Shown: positions 38,823 through 45,953, counted from the first letter of the stretch. The stretch is DNA of 52,863 nt from Clostridiales bacterium (GCA_012523915.1 JAAYSU010000135.1:1-52863), one strand, 5' to 3'. Notes: a model not told the origin generated them from the letters alone. Numbers and translations are program-made.

Positions 38823-39188
38823 TTAGTAATAAAATCTTCTTCTCCTCCTACCGAAAAGTTCGGTAAGTAGTAGTATATTTATCAAATCTCCTAAAACTCC
38901 TCTTCTGCGTCTTCGGCCATATCTATAAGGGCTTATTAAAACATTTACTTCTTTCGCAGTCTCTTCAACTGATTCATTTAGTTCGGGATACAGTCTGCAT
39001 AAATTATCGTAAATCCGATCAGTCATTTGATCCAGCATTTCCTGCGATGGCATTCCTGTACCGTATGCATCCATCTCATCACACATCATGACTACATAGG
39101 GCTGTATTTTATAATATATTTCAGGATATACCATGCGAAATTCCATAGCCTCGTTTGCAGCCGATTGCATCAAGTGTTGATTATTCAC
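38823..39188 (-). CDS. Small hypothetical protein with C-terminal hydrophobic helix flanked by two RRRRR blocks
   Basis: 121 aa. Core is MVYPEIYYKIQPYVVMMCDEMDAYGTGMPSQEMLDQMTDRIYDNLCRLYPEL and tail is GRRRRRGVLGDLINILLLTELFGRRRRRFYY. I recognise no family with confidence. Confidence 0.6.
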   Translation of the reverse strand: MNNQHLMQSAANEAMEFRMVYPEIYYKIQPYVVMMCDEMDAYGTGMPSQEMLDQMTDRIYDNLCRLYPELNESVEETAKEVNVLISPYRYGRRRRRGVLGDLINILLLTELFGRRRRRFYY

Positions 39189-39268
39189 TTTTCAAGCTCC
39201 CTTCTAGTGTTTAGGGCAAAGTATTACCCAATACAGCTTATGATGATTGAGCTAGAAAAGTTTCTATC

Positions 39269-41140
39269 TTATATCATTAATTTACATATTTCATTGCTAA
39301 ACTCCAGTGGATCTTCAATTGATAGTCCCTCTATCAACAGCGCCTGATTGTACAGCAGGTTTGTATATGACTTAAGTTTATCCTTATCCTTTTCATAGGC
39401 TTCTTTAAGGGCCTTATAAACATCGTGATTGCGATTTATCTCAAGGACCTTTTTAGCTACAATACTTTGATCTGTCGGCATATTGTTAAGAACCTTTTCC
39501 ATCTCTATGCTCACAGCCCCCTCGCTAGATAGGCACACCGGATGGGTCTTAAGTCTTTTTGACAATCTTACATCAACAACCTTTTCACCTAGAGTATCCT
39601 TCATAAACTTGAATAGATCTTTTGAAGATTTGTCTTCTTCATCTTCTTCTTCCTTATCAGCCAGTTCGAGATTGCTGTCGGAAACTGATTTAAATTCCTT
39701 CTCTTTATAGTTCATCATTATTCCTATGGCAAACTCGTCTACATCATCTGTTAAGTAGAGTATCTCATAGCCCTTATCTGAAATTAGCTCAATCTGAGGA
39801 AGCTTGTCTATCTTTTCTATAGATTCGCCTGAGGCGTAGTAAATATATTTTTGATCCTCTTTCATCCTCGAAATGTATTCATCCAGTGTAACCATCTTTT
39901 TCTCTATAGATGAATAGAACATTAATAGATCCTGTAAATCTTCTCTATTAAGCCCGAATTCGTTGTAAATGCCAAACTTAAGCTGTCTTCCAAAGGATTT
40001 ATAGAATATTTCATATTTTTCTCTGTCATTTTTAAGTAAATTAAGGAGCTCTGACCTAATTTTGTTCTTAATGTTCTTTGCAATTAGTTTTACCTGACGA
40101 TTACTTTGTAGCATTTCTCTGGAAATATTCAAGGATAGGTCTTCAGAATCAACCATACCTTTTACAAAACTGAAATAGTCAGGTAGTAAATCAGGACATT
40201 TATTCATGATAAGGACGCCGTTGGAATATAGCTCCAGTCCCTTTTCATATTCCTTAGTATAATAATCGAAAGGAATCTTTTCGGGTATATACAATATGGC
40301 GTTATAGCTCACTAAACCGTCTGCAGAAACATGTATATATTTTATTGGTTTATCATAACCATAACGTTTTTCAGCATAGAAATTTTCATAATCTTCTTCC
40401 TTGAGTTCATTTTTATTCCTACGCCAAATAGGAACCATGCTGTTTAAAATCTGCTCTTCAACAAGATCCTCAAATTCATCTTCGCTTCCCTCTTTCAACT
40501 TTTTAGTAGTTATATCCATCTTGATCGGATAGCGAATATAATCGGAATATCTCTTTACAATAGAGCGCAAATGATATTCCTCTAAGAATTCATCGTAATT
40601 TTCTTCCTCTGTATTTTCTTTTATTTTGAGGATGACCTCTGTCCCTACTTCTTGTTTATCGAACTCATCAATACTATAACCATCAGCACCTTTTGATTTC
40701 CACCTATGTGACTGTTCACTGCCAAATGCCTTACTTATTACAGTTACCTCATCCGCTACCATGAATGCAGAGTAAAAACCGATGCCAAATTGACCGATAA
40801 TTTCATGTCCTTCTTCAATTTCATTTTCCATCTTAAAGCTATATGAGCCACTTCTTGCAATGACTCCCAGATTCTTATCAAGTTCTTCTTTTGTCATTCC
40901 GATTCCTGTATCGGCAACCTTAAGTAATCTTTTTTCCTTGTCTACTGAAATTTTTATATAATAATCGTCTTTGTTAAATTCGATATTTTCATCTGTTAAT
41001 GCCTTGTAATATATCTTGTCAATGGCATCACTTGCATTTGACAGGAGTTCTCTTAGAAACACTTCCTTTTTAGAATAGATTGAATTGATCATCAAGTCTA
41101 TTAGACGTTTAGATTCTGCTTTGAACTGTCTTTTAGCCAT
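39269..41140 (-). CDS. htpG: Molecular chaperone HtpG (Hsp90)
   Basis: GHKL ATPase motifs [19 protein letters not shown] and [14 protein letters not shown], followed by the middle and C-terminal domains. Start at MAKRQF has GGAGAG 6 nt upstream. Confidence 0.95.
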   Translation of the reverse strand: MAKRQFKAESKRLIDLMINSIYSKKEVFLRELLSNASDAIDKIYYKALTDENIEFNKDDYYIKISVDKEKRLLKVADTGIGMTKEELDKNLGVIARSGSYSFKMENEIEEGHEIIGQFGIGFYSAFMVADEVTVISKAFGSEQSHRWKSKGADGYSIDEFDKQEVGTEVILKIKENTEEENYDEFLEEYHLRSIVKRYSDYIRYPIKMDITTKKLKEGSEDEFEDLVEEQILNSMVPIWRRNKNELKEEDYENFYAEKRYGYDKPIKYIHVSADGLVSYNAILYIPEKIPFDYYTKEYEKGLELYSNGVLIMNKCPDLLPDYFSFVKGMVDSEDLSLNISREMLQSNRQVKLIAKNIKNKIRSELLNLLKNDREKYEIFYKSFGRQLKFGIYNEFGLNREDLQDLLMFYSSIEKKMVTLDEYISRMKEDQKYIYYASGESIEKIDKLPQIELISDKGYEILYLTDDVDEFAIGIMMNYKEKEFKSVSDSNLELADKEEEDEEDKSSKDLFKFMKDTLGEKVVDVRLSKRLKTHPVCLSSEGAVSIEMEKVLNNMPTDQSIVAKKVLEINRNHDVYKALKEAYEKDKDKLKSYTNLLYNQALLIEGLSIEDPLEFSNEICKLMI

Positions 41141-41167
41141 GCGCATCTCTCCTTCCTTGACATATTA

Positions 41168-41194
41168 TTAGCACTCGATTGCATAGAGTGCTAA
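41168..41194 (-). promoter_or_regulatory. CIRCE operator (HrcA binding site), perfect consensus
   Basis: TTAGCACTC-N9-GAGTGCTAA read directly: 41168-41176, spacer gattgcata, 41186-41194. It lies 28 nt upstream of the htpG start and right after the -10 element. Confidence 0.9.
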
Positions 41195-41198
41195 TAAT

Positions 41199-41226
41199 AA
41201 TATATCATTTCAGAAGAATTTGTCAA
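41199..41226 (-). promoter_or_regulatory. Sigma-A type promoter of htpG
   Basis: On the minus strand: TTGACA (41226-41221), a 16-nt spacer, and TGaTATATT, an extended -10 whose hexamer is 41204-41199. The -35 lies inside the 3' end of the upstream OYE gene. Confidence 0.6.
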
Positions 41227-42202
41227 TCTTCGAGGCCCAATTTGAATCCTTATATATAGCCCTCCCCACTCCTATTAGATCGGCTTTCTCCTGGGCTAAT
41301 AAATCCTCAGCGGCATAAATATCTGTTACGCCCCCTGTCAATATTACAGGTATAGATACAGCTTTCTTTATTTCCTCCGATAAGGGCGAAAAATATCCTT
41401 GACCCTTTAGACTTGGGACATCATAGCCGCAAAGCCCACCTGAAATATCAAGAATATCGACTCCAGCCTTTTCGAATTCCACAGAGGCCGCAACACTGTC
41501 TTCTATGGTAGTTCCTCCATCCATGTAATCACATGCACCTAACCTGAGCAGTATCGGGTAGCTATCACCTACAGCCTCTCTAACTGCTTTAATCACTTCT
41601 TTGTGAATTTTGATTCTGCCTAAAAGGTCTCCTCCGTACTCGTCTGTTCTTTTGTTTGTCAATGGCGAAAAGAACTGATTTAAGAGATAACCATGGGCAG
41701 AATGTATTTCCACAGCATCAAACCCAGCTTGCTTAACGCGTATGGCAGCATCCTTAAATTCATTAACTATTCTCTTTATCTCCTCTGTCGTAAGTTCATT
41801 GGGAATCTCGCTTCCCAACCTAGGATTCATTACAGGAGAAGGGGCTATAGGATCCATGCCGGTAACTTCTCTTTTTGCAGCACTTCCCGCATGGTTGATC
41901 TGCATAGCGGTTTTTGAACCGTTTTTTTGGATGGTAGATGAAAGTTTCTTCAATTCTTCAACAAGTTTATCATCTGCTATTGATAGTTGATTTTTGCTAG
42001 CCTTGCCTTGCTCCGCAATATAGCTATGCTCTATTATGATTAAAGAAATATTTCCGCCCTTTGATTTTTCATCGTAATAGCTTAATATGTCTTCGCTAAC
42101 CTCGCCATTATCCTTAGCCTTTGCAGTTGCCATAGGAGGCATAACAAGCCTGTTGTGTAAATTTAGTATCCCTATATCTAAAGGTTTAAGTATATTTGAC
42201 AT
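41210..42202 (-). CDS. NADH:flavin oxidoreductase, Old Yellow Enzyme family
   Basis: LKNRLVMPPMAT-type N-terminus (LHNRLVMPPMATAKA), HSAHGYLLNQFFSPLTNKRTDEYGG, and the TIM-barrel C-terminus GRAIYKD. Confidence 0.85.
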   Translation of the reverse strand: MSNILKPLDIGILNLHNRLVMPPMATAKAKDNGEVSEDILSYYDEKSKGGNISLIIIEHSYIAEQGKASKNQLSIADDKLVEELKKLSSTIQKNGSKTAMQINHAGSAAKREVTGMDPIAPSPVMNPRLGSEIPNELTTEEIKRIVNEFKDAAIRVKQAGFDAVEIHSAHGYLLNQFFSPLTNKRTDEYGGDLLGRIKIHKEVIKAVREAVGDSYPILLRLGACDYMDGGTTIEDSVAASVEFEKAGVDILDISGGLCGYDVPSLKGQGYFSPLSEEIKKAVSIPVILTGGVTDIYAAEDLLAQEKADLIGVGRAIYKDSNWASKIDKFF

Positions 42203-42219
42203 AAGCATCTCCTCAATTA

Positions 42220-42654
42220 TTATCTCATTGCCAAGGTAACTTCACCGCTAGCAGCAAGAACATCGCCGTTATATACCTCGGCACTACATGTAGCTATAGC
42301 TTTTTCGATTCTTTCAGTCAGGATTTTAGCATGTATGGTTATAGTATCGCCTGGTTCGATCATGCTCATAAATTTAACCTTATCAATCCCGATAAAATAT
42401 GGAATAGTTCCTTTGTATCTATCTAGGGTCAGTAGCAAAATATCGGATGCTTGAGCCATACATTCTACCGTATACACTCCCGGCAATACTGGCGAACCAG
42501 GGAAATGCCCCTCGAATATGTCTCTTTCAGGACTAACATAAAATTTTGTAATTATCTTCTTGCCAGGCTCTAATTCCAATACCTCATCGACAAGAAGCAT
42601 AGGATCTCTATGAGGTATAATCTTTTTAACCTCTTCTAATGTAAGTTTTTTCAT
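42220..42654 (-). CDS. fabZ: 3-hydroxyacyl-ACP dehydratase
   Basis: IPHRDPMLLVDEV...FEGHFPGSPVLPGVYTVECMAQ is the hot-dog FabZ signature. It stands alone, with no other fab genes in the window. Confidence 0.85.
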   Translation of the reverse strand: MKKLTLEEVKKIIPHRDPMLLVDEVLELEPGKKIITKFYVSPERDIFEGHFPGSPVLPGVYTVECMAQASDILLLTLDRYKGTIPYFIGIDKVKFMSMIEPGDTITIHAKILTERIEKAIATCSAEVYNGDVLAASGEVTLAMR

Positions 42655-42723
42655 TGCTACCTCCTTAAATTCTTTATCAGCTCCTTTTTACCATATTATA
42701 TCTACCTTATCAAGTAACCGTAA

Positions 42724-42753
42724 TTCAAAGAGTCCGGGTTTCCCCGGACCTCT
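42724..42753 (-). terminator. Terminator-like GC-rich hairpin directly after the selenoprotein gene stop
   Basis: On the minus strand: AGAGGTCCGGG-GAAA-CCCGGACTCT, then TTTGAATT. Confidence 0.5.
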
Positions 42754-43053
42754 TCAACAAGAACTGAAATTCCCACCAGTGAAATGAAAACCCTTACGCA
42801 TCCCTTCTTCTGTGTAATCTAACGAAAGTCCCTCCAGATGTCTCTCAAGATCGCTAGCATAAACTACCTTTATTCCGTTCGATTCAATAACCTTATCCAT
42901 TTTGTGTTGCTGCTCATCCAGAGCAAGTCCTAATTTAGGTCCACCTCACCCAAAGCCTCCATAAGAAATTCTCAGCATCTGTTTTTCCGACCTGTCTGTA
43001 CCTGCAACAATCTCATTAATCTTTTTCGCAGCAGCATCGCTAATAGTAATCAT
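42754..43053 (-). CDS. HesB/IscA-like selenoprotein; in-frame TGA (42946-42948) read as Sec
   Basis: Manual translation gives MITISDAAAKKINEIVAGTDRSEKQMLRISYGGFG-U-GGPKLGLALDEQQHKMDKVIESNGIKVVYASDLERHLEGLSLDYTEEGMRKGFHFTGGNFSSC. GGAGG is 7 nt upstream of the ATG. It is a single frame across the TGA, which sits at the conserved Cys position of A-type Fe-S carriers. A SECIS-like hairpin lies downstream. The gene is absent from the ORF track because it is split by the TGA. Confidence 0.7.
42910..42926 (-). other. Candidate bacterial SECIS hairpin
   Basis: UUGCUC-UGGAU-GAGCAG (5 Watson-Crick pairs plus one G-U pair) starts 20 nt after the UGA and has GG in the apical loop. Confidence 0.5.
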
Positions 43054-43216
43054 AAGTTTACCTCCATTTTTTTTACTACTTACTATATTTATGCCTTAGA
43101 ACCATAAATGTTATTATTATATTTAATATAATAAATCGTATACTACAACTTAATCGAATATAAGGGATGATTTATATGCCATAAGAAGATCTGTGATGAG
43201 AAAAAATTATTGATAA

Positions 43217-43241
43217 TAAAAAAATCCGATAATTATCGGAT
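43217..43241 (-). terminator. Rho-independent terminator after tRNA-Ser
   Basis: Palindrome ATCCGATAA/TTATCGGAT (43224-43241), followed by a T7 run on the minus strand. Confidence 0.75.
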
Positions 43242-43261
43242 TGCCTAAACCATATTTATTA

Positions 43262-43349
43262 TGGCGGAGAGTGTGGGACTTGAACCCACGGGGCTTTCGC
43301 CTTACTCGCTTTCCAGGCGAGCTCCTTAGCCACTCGGTCAACTCTCCGC
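43262..43349 (-). tRNA. tRNA-Ser (anticodon GGA), CCA encoded
   Basis: The reverse complement GCGGAGAGTTGACCGAGTGGCTAAGGAGCTCGCCTGGAAAGCGAGTAAGGCGAAAGCCCCGTGGGTTCAAGTCCCACACTCTCCGCCA folds as a class II tRNA. Anticodon arm is CTCGC-CTGGAAA-GCGAG, with a long variable arm and T-loop GTTCAAGTC. Confidence 0.9.
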
Positions 43350-43550
43350 AAATCACATACTTTTATAATATACAATATTTTTAGATTAAAATCAATATCA
43401 AAAGATGAATTTCACAATTTACCATCTAGAGAAGTCAAACATATGATAAATATTTTTTGTCATTCGTATTTTCTTTTCTCTTATTTGCCTACACATAGAT
43501 TCATATGTGCATTTATAGCCTACTTCTATATTAAGATGGTTTGATTATAA

Positions 43551-43579
43551 TAGACAAATTGCAAAAAATCTACTATAAT
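43551..43579 (+). promoter_or_regulatory. Candidate sigma-A promoter of tRNA-Glu
   Basis: TAGACA (43551-43556), a 17-nt spacer, and TATAAT (43574-43579), ending 16 nt before the tRNA 5' end. Confidence 0.5.
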
Positions 43580-43595
43580 AAAAAAGTCTAAACGA

Positions 43596-43670
43596 GTCCC
43601 GTTGGTCAAGTGGTCAAGACGTCGCCCTCTCACGGCGGAGTCAGGGGTTCGACTCCCCTACGGGATACCA
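43596..43670 (+). tRNA. tRNA-Glu (anticodon CUC), CCA encoded
   Basis: GTCCCGTTGGTCAAGTGGTCAAGACGTCGCCCTCTCACGGCGGAGTCAGGGGTTCGACTCCCCTACGGGATACCA has a cloverleaf with anticodon arm TCGCC-CTCTCAC-GGCGG and T arm AGGGG-TTCGACT-CCCCT. It is very similar to the B. subtilis tRNA-Glu backbone but has CTC instead of TTC. Confidence 0.9.
43622..43670 (+). repeat. Direct repeat copy 1 (att-like), the 3' two-thirds of tRNA-Glu
   Basis: 46/49 identical to 45000-45048. Weaker similarity continues about 40 nt downstream of both copies. Confidence 0.85.
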
Positions 43671-43903
43671 ACGTAAAACGCCTTAAACCAAGTTTTATCA
43701 ATGGTTTCAGGGCAAGAGCTTGGGAGTAGGTTTTGGGTGAGAGTTTTGTCCTTACCAGGGAGGCCCCTTCTCTTCCTCAGGAACGCTTCGCATCCTTTTT
43801 CCGTCTGCAACTGCAACTTGGCTATATCAGAGAATGCCTGATTTCCCTATCCTTTCGACTTTGCCCTAAATTCCACAGGAAATATTTTAGCGGCTTTTTG
43901 CCG

Positions 43904-44104
43904 CTAAATGTCAATCCCGATCCGGGTATATACTTCCTTGACCGTCTTCATGATCTCTTCCCAGTTTATGCCCTCTGCATAATCGAATATCTCTTGGTAG
44001 TTCTTCCACAAAACCTTCATCTCGGGGTCCTGAGGACGTAGTGTCTCAAGGACATATATGTCATAGAAGTCCAGGTCCTTAAGCTGTCTCGATGTCCGGA
44101 TCAT
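43904..44104 (-). pseudogene. Internally deleted AbiEii/DUF1814 nucleotidyltransferase toxin remnant
   Basis: The 66 codons keep a family-like N-terminus (MIRTSRQLKDL), the KDxYDIYxL motif and the C-terminal W..Y....YAEGI.WEE segment. The roughly 200 residues of nucleotidyltransferase core are missing. The start overlaps the abiEi stop (ATGA). Confidence 0.55.
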
Positions 44105-44697
44105 GACAGCAGCACCTCCACGTAGCGGTGGATGATCTTTTCCACAGAAAACATCTTCGCGTAACGCATTAGAAGCGGAATATTCTTCTCCTTGCTCCTC
44201 ATGTAATCCCTGACCGCCGCCTGCAGGGCCTGTCTGTCTACCGGCTGTCGGCTTCGCACAAGATCGCAGATTGTCCGCTCCACATTGTATACCCTTACCG
44301 TGTGGCCGGCCGGCGTTGTCGCTTCCGTCAGCCCCACCGTAAACAGCTCCCTTTTGACTTTGAACACTTTCACTCCTTCGCGCAATAAAACTGTCGCGTT
44401 GGATCCGTACGGCAGCGAAATCGAATAACGCAGCGGCTCCCGCTCTGCAAAGCCGAGAAGATATAGCGCAGTCTCGTGCGAAAATATCCCGGATGGGTAC
44501 CGCGTTTGAATGACATGAAACTCATCATCCCAGTAATCGGCCGATTTGTATAATCCATTGGCTACCCGCTCAAGGCCATTCTTTCGCACATAGTCGCCTA
44601 AATACGCCCTCGAAATTCCGGCTTTCACCGCGTCCGAAGTTTTTAAATATCCTTTGTTCTTTTTTACCAGAAGGTCAAGTTTGTATTTCATACTCAT
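44101..44697 (-). CDS. AbiEi-family antitoxin/transcriptional regulator (type IV TA, abortive infection)
   Basis: LLVKKNKGYLKTSDAVKAGISRAYLGDYVRKNGLERVANGLY is the AbiEi_4-type N-domain, followed by the conserved C-domain (IFSHETALYLLG...ERTICDL). Start is taken at ATG 44697; the ORF-track GTG at 44712 is also possible. Confidence 0.75.
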   Translation of the reverse strand: MSMKYKLDLLVKKNKGYLKTSDAVKAGISRAYLGDYVRKNGLERVANGLYKSADYWDDEFHVIQTRYPSGIFSHETALYLLGFAEREPLRYSISLPYGSNATVLLREGVKVFKVKRELFTVGLTEATTPAGHTVRVYNVERTICDLVRSRQPVDRQALQAAVRDYMRSKEKNIPLLMRYAKMFSVEKIIHRYVEVLLS

Positions 44698-44999
44698 GTT
44701 ATTGCTCACCACCTTACACTTACTCTCTAATTATGTACCATTAGAGATTGAATGTAAAGTATTTTTAAAAAATTTTTGCGATTTACACAAATTTAGATAT
44801 ATGAACGTTTTATTTTTACCCGTCATACACGGTACCGTCCGTATTCAGATCCTGTCGTATACCATTTGTGGTCGTCAGGGGTTATCATTCCCAAATCGCA
44901 GTCCATATATCGGGGCATGGCCACAGCAATGTCATTATAGAAATCTTTGTAGTCATGTGGGAGTTGCTCTTGTAGGCATTGAAAAATAGCCAATCATTA

Positions 45000-45048
45000 T
45001 CGCCCTCTCAAGGCGGAGTCAGGGGTTCAACTCCCCTACTGGATACCA
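45000..45048 (+). repeat. Direct repeat copy 2 (att-like), a displaced 3' fragment of tRNA-Glu
   Basis: TCGCCCTCTCAAGGCGGAGTCAGGGGTTCAACTCCCCTACTGGATACCA has 3 mismatches to the intact tRNA. No 5' half is present, so it is not a functional tRNA. Confidence 0.85.
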
Positions 45049-45054
45049 GAACTA

Positions 45055-45094
45055 AAAACGCCTCAACCAATTGTTTAAAAGGTTTAGGCGTTTT
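45055..45094. terminator. Bidirectional terminator (native tRNA-Glu terminator; also downstream of rnfB)
   Basis: Stem AAAACGCCT / AGGCGTTTT (45055-45063 / 45086-45094) with inner AACC/GGTT pairs. T runs are present on both strands. Confidence 0.7.
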
Positions 45095-45122
45095 GTGTTA
45101 TAAAACCTTATTTATCCTTTAT

Positions 45123-45932
45123 CTAATTCTTCTTTATCCTCGGGTACACATGTATTACCTTTGTCGGGCAAACCTTTGAACATAGGGTGCAGTTCGTACA
45201 TTTTTCATAGTCGATAACGGCATGGTTATCTATTACATGTATGGCATCGAACTTACATTCCTTTACGCAACGATTACATGCTATGCATCCTATTGTACAG
45301 ATCTGTCTTGTTGCCTTAGCTTTATCAATTGAGCTGCAGCCTACTACAACTCGGGTTTTTTCAGGTACTATTTCTATCAAGTAATTAGGACAGGCCTTAG
45401 CACATAGGCCACATCCTACACATTTTTCCCTATCTATTACAGCGATTCCATTTTCTATCTTAATCGCATCATAATCACATACAGCTACACAGTCGCCAAA
45501 TCCTAAGCAGGCAGTTTGACATTTTCCTCTGCCCTTATAGAACAATTTGCTTGCTTGGCATGTGGGATATCCTTGATAGTCCATCGAATAGCTAGTTCTA
45601 TCTAAGGTCCCCGAGCATTTCATAATGGCTATTTTACCTGCCGCTTCTTCAAATTCTAGCCCTAGAATTTCGCTGATATCTTTTACAACCTGATTGCCTC
45701 CGGGTGTACATAGATTTGCTTTTGTATTTTCCCTATCTGCTACAAGGGCATTTGCATAATCTTCACATCCAGCAAAACCACAAGCACCGCAATTAGCACC
45801 AGGTAAGGCTTCTAATACCAATAATGCTGTCTCATCTGTTTCTACAGCCATAAATTTAGCTGCAATTGTAAGGATCACACCGGCAATGAGTCCGATGAGA
45901 GCAACTAATAATATGGGCGTAATATATTGCAT
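45123..45932 (-). CDS. rnfB: Rnf complex subunit B (polyferredoxin)
   Basis: N-terminal TM segment, the CGACGFAGCEDYA motif, and several CxxCxxCxxxCP 4Fe-4S motifs. Confidence 0.9.
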   Translation of the reverse strand: MQYITPILLVALIGLIAGVILTIAAKFMAVETDETALLVLEALPGANCGACGFAGCEDYANALVADRENTKANLCTPGGNQVVKDISEILGLEFEEAAGKIAIMKCSGTLDRTSYSMDYQGYPTCQASKLFYKGRGKCQTACLGFGDCVAVCDYDAIKIENGIAVIDREKCVGCGLCAKACPNYLIEIVPEKTRVVVGCSSIDKAKATRQICTIGCIACNRCVKECKFDAIHVIDNHAVIDYEKCTNCTLCSKVCPTKVIHVYPRIKKN

Positions 45933-45953
45933 GGTCTCATCCTCCCTTCTTCC

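Larger units (their letters stand above)
43671..44999. mobile_element. Remnant of a tRNA-Glu-integrated genomic island or prophage (no integrase left)
   Basis: It is bracketed by the 49-nt repeats. The composition is visibly more GC-rich than the flanks, for example tggccggccggcgttgtcgcttccgtcagcccc. The cargo is abiEi plus a collapsed abiEii. Confidence 0.7.

Noticed and set aside
42220-42654. Stand-alone fabZ next to an OYE flavoenzyme as a possible novel lipid-modification pair
   Set aside because: The two genes are simply adjacent on the same strand, 17 nt apart (42203-42219). Both are common housekeeping-type families, and nothing else supports a functional link.
43262-43349. Whether the long-arm tRNA next to the selenoprotein gene is tRNA-Sec (selC)
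   Set aside because: The anticodon loop reads CUGGAAA, so the anticodon is GGA (Ser) and not UCA. The acceptor and T arms have normal class II Ser geometry. It is tRNA-Ser.
43733-44041. 102-aa plus-strand ORF at the left end of the island
   Set aside because: It overlaps the AbiEii remnant on the opposite strand and has no SD. Its Leu/Arg/Pro-rich product looks like a GC-rich shadow frame.
44654-44989. 111-aa plus-strand ORF at the right end of the island
   Set aside because: It starts inside abiEi on the opposite strand and has no SD or family resemblance. It is most likely non-coding.
44823-44993. 56-codon minus-strand frame (…LPHDYKDFYNDIAVAMPRYMDCDLGMITPDDHKWYTTGSEYGRYRV) that begins 7 nt from the distal repeat
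   Set aside because: It may be the 3' fragment of an island gene cut off at the att boundary. It has only a TTG or an internal ATG as a start and no recognisable family, so I did not call it as a feature.
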